A stretch of 41,370 nt of DNA, taken from Halocafeteria seosinensis (taxonomy: Eukaryota). Position numbers and translations under genes: made by a program. The stretch's first letter is position 1. Each line of letters opens with the position of its first letter. The DNA lies in NCBI GenBank assembly GCA_001687465.1, contig LVLI01000482.1, positions 1 to 41,370 on the forward strand. The letters are read 5' to 3'. Shown piece by piece: positions 11,125 to 20,900 of this stretch. The notes beneath the pieces are model-generated. The model searched no databases. It was not told the origin of the DNA and worked only from the letters and a program-made list of their open reading frames with translations.

Positions 11125-14100
11125 ATGGAGACGTGTATGGCAGGGGAGGAATGTATCGCGACTTCTTCATTCCGTGTCTATTGCTTCTGGGTTATTATTC
11201 TGGGAGGTTCGCTTGCAACAGCTTATCTAGAAACTTATATCCTTCAGTATGCCTTCAGAAAAGCTCATAAAATATGCTTGGATGTACTGAAGGAAGGGGG
11301 GCTGGAGACGCCACAGCAGATTGAAGAACGTGGTGGCCACCGCCAGGAAGAAAATGATACAGGATACTTTTCTCGTTTTTTCCGGTACCCATTCAAGAAT
11401 GTATTGGGCCAGGCGGTACTCAGGACAATCGAGAGTCATGTCTTTGTGGAAGCGCTCCACAAGACTTCGTCGAGCTTGGCCTACATATTTTGCTTTACAA
11501 CTATCCAATGGATGATGTGGATGACGGCTATTTCGTCGAGACAGAGTGCGAAGCAGTTCATGAGCTTCTGGGAATTAGCTACTGGATTCGCCGTGATGTT
11601 CGTTCTATGGTTGCTAATGCTCATGAGTCTGATTCTCTTTCTACGACTAGAGTGGAAGAGATACCTCTCACATACTTTTCGAGCTAGACCGGGATATGAT
11701 GACTCGCAGAGCTATGCGTCGGAAGAAAAAGAAAATCACAGGTCGATATACGCTGTTCACTTTCTGACGTGTATTTTCTATCTTTTAGGTTTCGCCACTC
11801 TAATGGAATTCGGTAAGAACCCGATCACCGGAGTCCTGCCCTGGTTCTTTGGTATGGCAAAGGAAGTGGTTGTTTCGTGTTCGACCAAGGACACTGAAAG
11901 GTTCACGACGTTAGTAGTAAACTGGGGGAGTGCTGCATTCCATGTTTTGGTCTGGGTTTCTATTCCGGGTATATTGAATCGACTGACACGGAGAGTTGCG
12001 GGCATGCTATCTCACAATTGCGATTTCCGCCTTAGGTCGAGCTTTATCGAAAATGTCGTGGCATCGAAGCAGCGAAGCTTTCATTGGTTTACCTACGCCT
12101 ACTACCGAACGTGTATGTATGCTGCTGTGGCTCTCTGCTACAGTGTCTACAATGAATATCTGTATGCTCTGCTGCGTCGACAAGTGCATTTTCTGGCTCG
12201 TTCTGGGATGGATATTGCGAAAGAACAGAACGCATCCTGGAAGCTCTTCTTCGTATTTTCACTCGGACTTCTGATGTTCCTATGGTTAAGAGAAGGAGAA
12301 TCGGATTTAGATTGGGTTCTCAAAGAAATTTATCGTCTCAAGGGGAAAGTAGTTAGCACTCTCCGGTCGATACCGCAAGCTGCATACCCTGCCGGAACAC
12401 TGCATCTTTCATCATCGGGCACCGAGTTGGTTCTGTCTCTTCGCCGGCTATATCTTGGGATCTGTGAAGTGAAACAAGAATACGAATTTAGTCATAGGGA
12501 TCTGATTAGCGTTTTGCATCAAAACTCTCGGTTTCAACGTCTACTGCAAGAAATTAGCTACTTTTGCCAATCGTTGCAACAACTATCGGAGGATAAAATG
12601 GTACACTTCAGCATCAGCAAACAAGGTGAGCGTAATCCCAATTCCCCTGCTAGGGAATCGCAGACGAATTGCCTTCACCGGATCTCAGTAGATGCTCAAA
12701 AGATAGGCACCGACGAAAACGGAAAACTAATGTCGAGCATTATGATGGGTTTCGGTGAAGACGGTGCATGGGAACTAGGGTTTTCAATGTCCCGCACCTA
12801 TTTGAGCTACCTTTTGCGAAGTCTTTCTGACATGTGTGATTCGGAGCTTGTGGTTTTGGATATTGCAAAGAGTAGAATACAGTCTGTATTAGAGGTTAAC
12901 ACCCTGCAGCATAATACTTTCGCCCTAGTGGTGAGTGAGAGGTCGCGTCCCACGTCGAAGTGGATGCTTCGGAAGATTCTTAAGTATGTTTCCATGACGG
13001 CTGATGTTTACCGAAATGCGTCTTCAAGGACGGGTTATAAGCCGTTTCCCGAAAAGCGCGTAGAAATGCAAGGTGTTCATTGGAATTTGACGCTCCCTGA
13101 TGTGCCCGATCATCTAAGAAGCGATACGTCCACAGCGGGTGGAGTGATTCGTAGTATCTCTGCGGCATATGATTCCCTTCCACAAGTAGCGGGACAACTG
13201 GAGCAGTTGATGCACCATTTGGGTCAATTTGTGGAAGATGTCACAAGCGTGATGGCCCCAGAAAGGCCTCCTGCACGTAACACCGTGCCGTCATACGAGA
13301 ATCGTTTACCTGACCGGCAACCGCTTCCAGCTTTCGACGCAAATGGAAGCATACGCTGGCGCAATATGGAAATATCGTTTGCTCGGAGTGGCGCTCCGTT
13401 GAGGGACAGAGGCATCATTTCGGTGTACGGTCCTGAGGACGAAGATTTGCATTTGAGAGAGAGCATTGCTGATGTCGAAGCCTTTGTAAAATCATCGAAT
13501 TTACCTTCAAGAGTCGAACGCGTGAATAATTCGATTTCTCAGCACTACCGAACGTACAACGAGTGCTATCACACTGTTCCGACAGTACATCAAGGCAACA
13601 TGAAATCCCTTCTGAACCTGCAGCACCCCTTCTTCGAATTTTTCTACTCTTTGTCTCCCTTCCGGCATCGGTACATAAAGCGGTTGCTTGTAAGTAAAGA
13701 AAGTGCGAGCGAGGGTCCATATATCTTTTCGTTTTATTTTGGCAACGGGTGGATTGTCCCGAAGTGGCGAGAGGTCGTTAGCTCCCTGCAGAAGTGGTGT
13801 GGCGAAGCTGTGGAGAAGAGCTGTTTCAAGCTCGTGTCTCAGTGGCTTCGGAGTTGCAATACCCTTTTTAATTGTAACATTGCTCTCTCGTGCAACAGTG
13901 TTGCTCCTCTCTGGAGAACTGCAGCCTCGGTCTTCTGTCCCTCAAGTTGTAACTCGGTTTCATTTGATACCCGGGATACAGTGGGACTTTCTCTTCATGG
14001 AGTGGGGGAGTTTACACTACCACTAGGAACTGTTCATGGATCTTTGGACTTTGTTGGCCAGTTGAAAAATGAAGCATCGAGTGAGTGCCTGAGACTTAGC

Positions 14101-15303
14101 AATGTATTACAGGTTCAGGGTATCGCTTTCCAGTTTGTGAGCGCGTTGGCTGAGCAGTGCTGTGCAAATATGGTACCATGCACGTCGGCCACATTGAACG
14201 ACTTGCAACAGGGCTCCACGCTACCTGTGTCATCCGCGCATTCTCACGATGTCGACATCCCCTTAGCTCCAAAAGTAGAGTCTCGAGTGCATTTGGAACT
14301 ATGCCGGCTTTGCTGGCGACTTGAGCATTGGAGAAGGCGCTGGAACGCAAATGCAATTGGCATTCTCCGTTTAGATCCCTGCTACAGTGTTGGCTGCGAT
14401 CCTATTGAGTGTCAACCTCAGGAAACGAAACGGGAATACTGCGAACGTAGACTGCTACGAACTCTTCATTCTCTAGAAGTGGACGCACTAAGCAAACTGT
14501 GGGAGGATATGCAAGCCTCTAGCACACTTGACATTGCAGAAGCAGGACTAATTGGCCATGATCGGGCTCTCTTTCTGTTTGCGCCATCATGCCCATGTTC
14601 TGTAGAAGTGGGTTTGCACTGTTCACCTTCCGGATCCTCGATTTCTGGGCTGAATGAAATTCAAAGAATCTTGTCAAAAGTGCTCAGTTTAATGGTTTCT
14701 ATTATCAAGGCCAGCAAAGGACTACTGACGGGCGAATATGAGACTCACAGGGAGGTTCTTTTTTCTCTTGACGAATGTGCTGCGGAAGTAAGACAGTTGT
14801 TTAGTGAAAGCAGGACGGCGAGGAAGGGAGAAAGCAATTTGATAAAGCGGTTAAGAAAGTCGTATAGTCAACTTTACGCTGCGGAGACTGCGGAATGGAA
14901 CCAAGATTCGTCTACTATCGGTAACGACGACACAATCGAACGATTGTGTCGTCAGCTTCAGGATCTGGTTTCGCGGCAACCTCGGCAGGGAAGCTTCGTG
15001 CGTGAGTGGACTTTTGCGATGCTGAGAACCCAAATCGGGATATTTTCATCTCTAATGTCGACTACATCCGTGCATCGACGATCTACACTAATTCTCGTGG
15101 AGTTTTGCTTCCGGATGGTCGCAATAGCTAAAGGTGATGCTATTCCATTTTACTATATACCTCCGTCGCTAGGTTGTCGGCGAAACTCCCTGGCGCACAT
15201 GCCACCGCTTCCGGAGTCAGTCTTTTTTGTCCCAGATCAACAGGAAGCTGTGGCCATGAATACATCCCTCAAGCTTTCTTGGGTATCTTCTCAGAATACC
15301 TAA
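11125..15303 (+). CDS. Hypothetical 1392-aa protein with multi-pass membrane N-terminus and large soluble C-terminus
   Basis: A 4.2-kb uninterrupted ORF with about 6-7 hydrophobic segments in the first 390 aa. No motif recognised, and 5' exons cannot be excluded. Confidence 0.8.
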   Translation: METCMAGEECIATSSFRVYCFWVIILGGSLATAYLETYILQYAFRKAHKICLDVLKEGGLETPQQIEERGGHRQEENDTGYFSRFFRYPFKNVLGQAVLRTIESHVFVEALHKTSSSLAYIFCFTTIQWMMWMTAISSRQSAKQFMSFWELATGFAVMFVLWLLMLMSLILFLRLEWKRYLSHTFRARPGYDDSQSYASEEKENHRSIYAVHFLTCIFYLLGFATLMEFGKNPITGVLPWFFGMAKEVVVSCSTKDTERFTTLVVNWGSAAFHVLVWVSIPGILNRLTRRVAGMLSHNCDFRLRSSFIENVVASKQRSFHWFTYAYYRTCMYAAVALCYSVYNEYLYALLRRQVHFLARSGMDIAKEQNASWKLFFVFSLGLLMFLWLREGESDLDWVLKEIYRLKGKVVSTLRSIPQAAYPAGTLHLSSSGTELVLSLRRLYLGICEVKQEYEFSHRDLISVLHQNSRFQRLLQEISYFCQSLQQLSEDKMVHFSISKQGERNPNSPARESQTNCLHRISVDAQKIGTDENGKLMSSIMMGFGEDGAWELGFSMSRTYLSYLLRSLSDMCDSELVVLDIAKSRIQSVLEVNTLQHNTFALVVSERSRPTSKWMLRKILKYVSMTADVYRNASSRTGYKPFPEKRVEMQGVHWNLTLPDVPDHLRSDTSTAGGVIRSISAAYDSLPQVAGQLEQLMHHLGQFVEDVTSVMAPERPPARNTVPSYENRLPDRQPLPAFDANGSIRWRNMEISFARSGAPLRDRGIISVYGPEDEDLHLRESIADVEAFVKSSNLPSRVERVNNSISQHYRTYNECYHTVPTVHQGNMKSLLNLQHPFFEFFYSLSPFRHRYIKRLLVSKESASEGPYIFSFYFGNGWIVPKWREVVSSLQKWCGEAVEKSCFKLVSQWLRSCNTLFNCNIALSCNSVAPLWRTAASVFCPSSCNSVSFDTRDTVGLSLHGVGEFTLPLGTVHGSLDFVGQLKNEASSECLRLSNVLQVQGIAFQFVSALAEQCCANMVPCTSATLNDLQQGSTLPVSSAHSHDVDIPLAPKVESRVHLELCRLCWRLEHWRRRWNANAIGILRLDPCYSVGCDPIECQPQETKREYCERRLLRTLHSLEVDALSKLWEDMQASSTLDIAEAGLIGHDRALFLFAPSCPCSVEVGLHCSPSGSSISGLNEIQRILSKVLSLMVSIIKASKGLLTGEYETHREVLFSLDECAAEVRQLFSESRTARKGESNLIKRLRKSYSQLYAAETAEWNQDSSTIGNDDTIERLCRQLQDLVSRQPRQGSFVREWTFAMLRTQIGIFSSLMSTTSVHRRSTLILVEFCFRMVAIAKGDAIPFYYIPPSLGCRRNSLAHMPPLPESVFFVPDQQEAVAMNTSLKLSWVSSQNT

Positions 15304-15465
15304 TTTCCTCAGCTGTTGGAATCTGCTCTGTGAACTGGGAACACCATCTCCAACAGTGCTACTGGTACTATGGAATGATGGCTTTTATATGTTTGATTCA
15401 TTTTTTTTGCATCGATTGGAGCCGTTGTCACTACGGACACACAGGCTCTGGCCCGTTCAAGGCGT

Positions 15466-17959
15466 TCAAATCTGGGCCGGAAACCCAAGCAAGGACAAAA
15501 ATTCTTCCAGCATTCCCTCAGTCTTAATGGAATGTATCAGCGTTTCTGCTGATACCTCGGTAACGTTTAGTGCAGGATGCTTCAGCAGCTGCATCGCAGC
15601 CTGTTGTTGTTGCTCGAGACGAGCATCAGTCTTCCGCGGCCTGAGTCCATGCGTAAGACAAACCTGTAGAACTGGCACCGGGATGACAAATGAATCACCC
15701 CCTTTCGATTCCCTGTTGGCACTGTGAATGGAAGCGTTGCTACCTTTGCGGTATTCTCTTTCTCTAGGGATTTCGGCGCGCTCGGCTTGCTCTTCTAGGA
15801 TTCCTAGCAAGTCATCGAACGACTCTTCCTTTGAATCAAACACGTTCTGCGCCGAGAGCGTAGTCAACAGGATGCGCAATGCAGTTTCAGCCGTTTTGTA
15901 TCCGTCCAAAACGAGATGGCACAGTGCATATTCCCGAAAGGTGACTATGGAAGGAGCCGATGAAACCTTGTGGTTTTCAAGGTGCCCTTCGAACCAGTAA
16001 CGTGCGCCTATGCTTTCGATGAGAGCCTTCCTGGCTCGAAGCGTGTCCGCTGCTTCGGTTCCTGGAAGTGGTGGAAATTGCTGTATTGGAATACAGGATG
16101 AAACATTTACCGAAAAGTATTCGAACAATCTTCCAAAGGCGACTGCTCGTGTCTGCTGCAAATTGGTCTCTTTTGAGATCCTATCTGTGTGGAGAAAGGC
16201 CATGTCCACGTAGTTTTCCGAGGCAAACGTTCGTACGAACTGAGCCTTCGTCAGGTAGCCCGCACAATCCTTTCTCTGTGATCCTTGCCTCATTGTGTCA
16301 ATGTAGCCGTCCAGATAGTTACGAAACAAATCCGTTGACACATCAAAGCCGGCCTGGGGGAAGTCCTCCGCTTCGATATAACTAAATTGCGGAGATACTT
16401 TCTTGCTGACGCAGTGGATGCCCAGCCGAGTATCAGTGAACGAGCTATTAGTCAGCACCATGCGTCCATACGACGCTAGCTTTCTGCGGACGTTCTCAGC
16501 AAACAGTTCGGGGTTGTTTCGTTCTTCGGCAGTAGGAGAGTAGGGCGGAAGCCAATGAAATTCTATCTGCAGTTGCCAGCACGAAGAGTAGGTCGTCTAT
16601 TTTTGAACACTTTTAACGAAAATAAACAATCTTCAACTGTTCTTACCGTATTGTATAGTTGAAGTAATCCCCTGATGACCACTTCTAGCGCCTGAGGACC
16701 ACCATTAGACAGGGACAAATCGATGTTCGAGTTTGGGAGTCGGGTGTACAAGGGTTGCACCGGGGCACCGGCATTGAAGGCGCCAGTCTTGAATGTCAAA
16801 AGTGTATCCTGGGAGGATGTAGTCCCTTCAGGAAAAATTAATATTTGGGGCCAAACATATCCTGGGATTGGATTATCGTTAGCTCGGAAGACAATTTCGT
16901 TTTTGGTCTGTCGTCTGGATTCTGCACTCGTTCTAGAGACAGCCACGGTCTGCATATGAAGGAGAACGTTAGTTTAACCACACGGTCTAGAACTAGTTAA
17001 CTTGTCACCCTTACATCTAATTCTTGCATGATTCCCCCAATTAATGGGATCTCCAATGCCTCTACTTTGGAGACGGGTGAAAGAATATTCTGGGTGACCA
17101 GAATTGGAGGTTCGATCACACTTATGTGGTTACTTGTAATAATGCCAGCATCCTTATAGCTGCACTGTCGACCATACTGACGAACAAACGCGACGGCATA
17201 CGCATTTGCTGCCCACAGTCTGGCGAACGGACGCATCAGCTTGACGAATTGTCTCCTCCATCCACTCTCTGGCAAACGAGGTCGTGGTTTCTCATCCCTA
17301 TTTGTTGGGATGCTATCAAAATCAGCGGATTCCCTGCATTGTGACTTATCCATACCCAAAGTGGCTATTCGCATGCACACCCAGGCAAAAAAACATCCAT
17401 GAATTGCCAGGAGAAGTCGCGCAGGTCCGATAATTATTGCGAAGAAAACCAGACGGAGTGCCTCCAGCCGCGTCATGGGGTAATTGCTGTTGACATGAGG
17501 AGATACCGGAGTCCTCGGTTTCAGAAATCCACTTTGCCTTTTACCTTCAGGATCCACATCGAGGAAGGCCCTTACCTTCCGAGGTAAGGGTCGAGGAACC
17601 GTGAATTCTTCCGGGAAGTACAAGTGTTCTGGAAGTTCCTCTGGGAAGACCAACGAGGTCAAAAGTCCTCTATCTTTGTCTTGAACCGACGTTGCGCCGG
17701 AACCTCGCGCAGTGTCTTTCAGTCGATATGCTAGCGACTTAATGGCTTGTCGCAAGTCTTGCCTGTCTTTATACTTTGATGCACTTTTTCTGACTTTGGG
17801 CGCTGTGTCGGTCATGAATGCTTGCAGCGAGTTACTCCAGTGCCCTGCCAGAATCCAGAAGGAGACAACTAGGCCGAATATGAGGCCAAAAATGACATAC
17901 GCAACGGAGGCGTACTCGAAAAAAGTCCATAACCATGATGAGGAGAATGAGAACACCAT
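15466..17959 (-). CDS. LPCAT: Lysophospholipid acyltransferase (LPCAT/LPEAT-like, PlsC domain); 3 exons
   Basis: SNHISVIEP (motif I variant), PQILIFPEGTTS, FKTGAFNAGAPVQP and WLPPYSPTAEERNNPELFAENVR lie in ORFs 16997-17959, 16563-16955 and the 15466 frame, separated by GTAAG..CAG introns. Confidence 0.9.
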
Positions 17960-18902
17960 GATGCTTAGGAGGGGGCAGCACTAAGAATCAATGGGATGAA
18001 TTCGCACGACTCAGTTCAAGCAAGTTACTCTTTGTACAGAGGGAGAAGAGAGTGGCATCTACATCTACCAATACAAACCTAATGTATAAGCATGGAATAT
18101 CGGGAACGAGGTCACGAAAAGTTGTGAAGAGGCACTTCAAGTTAGCCAGGAAGTGTGAACTCACCACGTGATTCACCCAGAGCATGCAACAACGTGAAGG
18201 GGAGCATTTTGTGGGTGGTCAGCTCAGGTGGAAAATGCAAAGATAACCCACTGGTGAACTGTGTACCACCATTCAACATGAGGATGAAGTGGAGTTGGAA
18301 ATACACGAACATAATGGAAATGTAGTGGAAGCGTGTGTTGCATGCGGCACTAAGACCCATTGAGCTTGGATATCAACTATATGAGGTGTTATACAACAAA
18401 GCGACACAACCTACTAAACCTTGAGGGACGGGGCAAAGTACATGCGGCAGCAGGAACTGAGGAATTTCGTGGTTGGAAACTCTAACCTGCATGACCGTAT
18501 GTCCCTGGGTGTGGTGTTGCTGTGGCAGAACCAAATCAGTACATCCTTGATACTTCACGGTTGACTGTCTGCCCATTGAATGGTCAAATCCGTCTGTAGA
18601 CTTGGCTCGGTGGCCCACACCGTTTGGAGTGCGCTTCACGCTGCGACCTCGGTACGTCCGTCGTCGCAACATTCTCCGATTTTCTCAGGACAGGAACTAA
18701 CAGTATGAGCAACTGATTTGACACTTTGACTGAAGCTCTCTCTGTGTGTGTGTCTTGTCAGTCATTATCAGCCAGAAATACCATTGGCGTTTGCACGTTG
18801 AACCAGGAAGCCTCCAGGCTTCAGACTCAAGCTTGTCGGTTCCAGTGACGACAGTATACTACAAGCAGGAAACAAGTGGGAAACGAAGACAGGGCAGAAA
18901 TA

Positions 18903-20808
18903 ATGGGATGCTCCTCCTCGAAACAGGAACAGCAAGTCTCTCCGAACAAAAAGTACGATGTAGCTCCTCAGGAACCGGAACAGTCTGTGCGAGACATGAC
19001 GGGTAAGCGTTGCGAGCGCGCTAAAAACCGACGGAAATCTAACTGAGAACTCACGGTATGATGATTCCTGCAACGTACAGGAGAAGAACTCCGCACCCGA
19101 TACCAAGCAATAGCTGATGATTTTAAATTGGGGAAAGTGTTAGGTAAAGGTAGCTTCGGAGAAGTCCGGTTGGCAACCTATAAACCAACAGGAGAATCGT
19201 AAGTGGAGCACGCTTTTAGTTTTGTGGACTGGATTGCGCACAATACTGACTACTATATACAGCCGCGCCATTAAGATTCTTTCCAAGATCAAGTTCGGTA
19301 CCAAAGAGGATCGCCATCATATGAAAAACGAAAAACAACTGATGGAACTCGTTTCTGGTCACCCTAACGTACTAAATTTAATAGAGGCTCGAGAAGACAA
19401 AATGAACTACTACCTAATAATGGAACATTGTAAAGGAAAGGAGTTGATGGACAAAATCGTAGAAAAGAAGGGAAACTTTAGCGAGCAAGTAAGGCTAAGC
19501 TAAACTGTACCTCTCTGGACGGGAAGAAACTGAGATACACCCTGCTGCAGGTAGCTGCTCAATACTTTCGTCAGATGTGCCAGGCAGTAAGACATTGTCA
19601 CAAACGTAAAGTCATGCACCGGTAAGAATCAGCGGTTTGCAATGCTGACGTGATTGTGTAAAATTGCTTATTATTGTTACTACGCATGGACAGCGATCTG
19701 AAACCAGAGAACTTCATTTTTGAGGACGAAGACGATTCATCGAATCTCAAGTTAGCGGATTTTGGTTTATCTGCTTACTTGCCCTCTCAAAATGCCATAC
19801 TCAGCGAAGCATGCGGCTCTTCATATTATATGGCTCCAGAGATGTTCCGCCATAGGTACACAAAAGCTGCCGATATCTGGAGCCTTGGAATCATTCTGTA
19901 CCTACTCCTTTCCGGGAGGGTTCCGTTTGGTATGCACGTAGAGACTGAACCAGAAATCTACACAGCGATTCAGAGGGATCGCTTGAAATTTAGGACAAAA
20001 CACTGGAAAGGAATCAGCAAATCAGCAATCACCCTTATCGCCGATATCCTACGAAAGAATCCTAAAGAGCGGCCCTCGTTGGACGATATTCTTGAGAACT
20101 CATGGGTGAAGGGAGAGACGGCCAAGACCCAGGCTCTGAACAAGAAGATTGTTGAAAGCATGTATAATTTCAATAATCGCAACAAATTCAAGAAACATGC
20201 GTTGAAATGGATTGCCTCTACGCTCAAGACCGAGGATATAGAACAGCTTCGAGAAGCGTTCTACGCTATGGACAAGAGTAAGTTGCACTGAATTACTCGA
20301 TATATGGTGACATTCTAGCGTAGGCAGGATAACACCTGCAATCCTTGTATGCAGACAATTCGGGAATAATAACATTCCAGGAGCTCGAGAAAGCGATTTC
20401 GTATCTTGGTTTAAATGGCGCTATCAACGTTCGTGAGCTCATGAACAACCTCGACACGGATGGTGATGGTCACATAAGCTACGAGGAATTTCTAGCAGCC
20501 ACCGCGGAAAGGCAGCTGATAAATCACCAGCAACATGTATGGTACGTGTTCTGTCAGTATGACCTTGACGGGGACGGCTACATCACGGCGGATGAATTGA
20601 GACAAGCCCTTGCTGATGAGCCTCCTGAAGAGATTGAGGAATATATTAAAGAGTTCGACAGAGACGGGGACGGTGTCATCGACTATGAAGTAAGCAAACC
20701 TTAATGGTTTCAATTCGGTACGCTCTTTTATCATTGTTGTTCACTGGTTCTCAGGAATTTATTCGAATGGTTCTCCCGAAAGACGTGCGCATCAAACCCG
20801 CTGAGTGA
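18903..20808 (+). CDS. CDPK: Calcium-dependent protein kinase (kinase plus four EF-hands) with N-myristoylation/palmitoylation motif; 7 exons
   Basis: The spliced product starts MGCSSSK. Kinase motifs are LGKGSFGEV, HRDLKPENF, DFGLS and YYMAPE. EF-hands are DKNNSGIITFQEL, DTDGDGHISYEEF, DLDGDGYITADEL and DRDGDGVIDYEEF. The last exon ends KPAE-TGA at 20808. Confidence 0.95.
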
Positions 20809-20900
20809 TTCAATTGTTTTCACCACTCCCACTATACTTGCTTCGTGCCGCTAATCCTACCTGAATGTGATACAAATGCAATACTTAACTTCATCTGTAA

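Noticed and set aside
17105..17135. HX4E instead of HX4D in the acyltransferase motif
   Set aside because: NHxSxIEP-type variants are known in LPEAT-like enzymes, so this is not evidence of inactivation or novelty.
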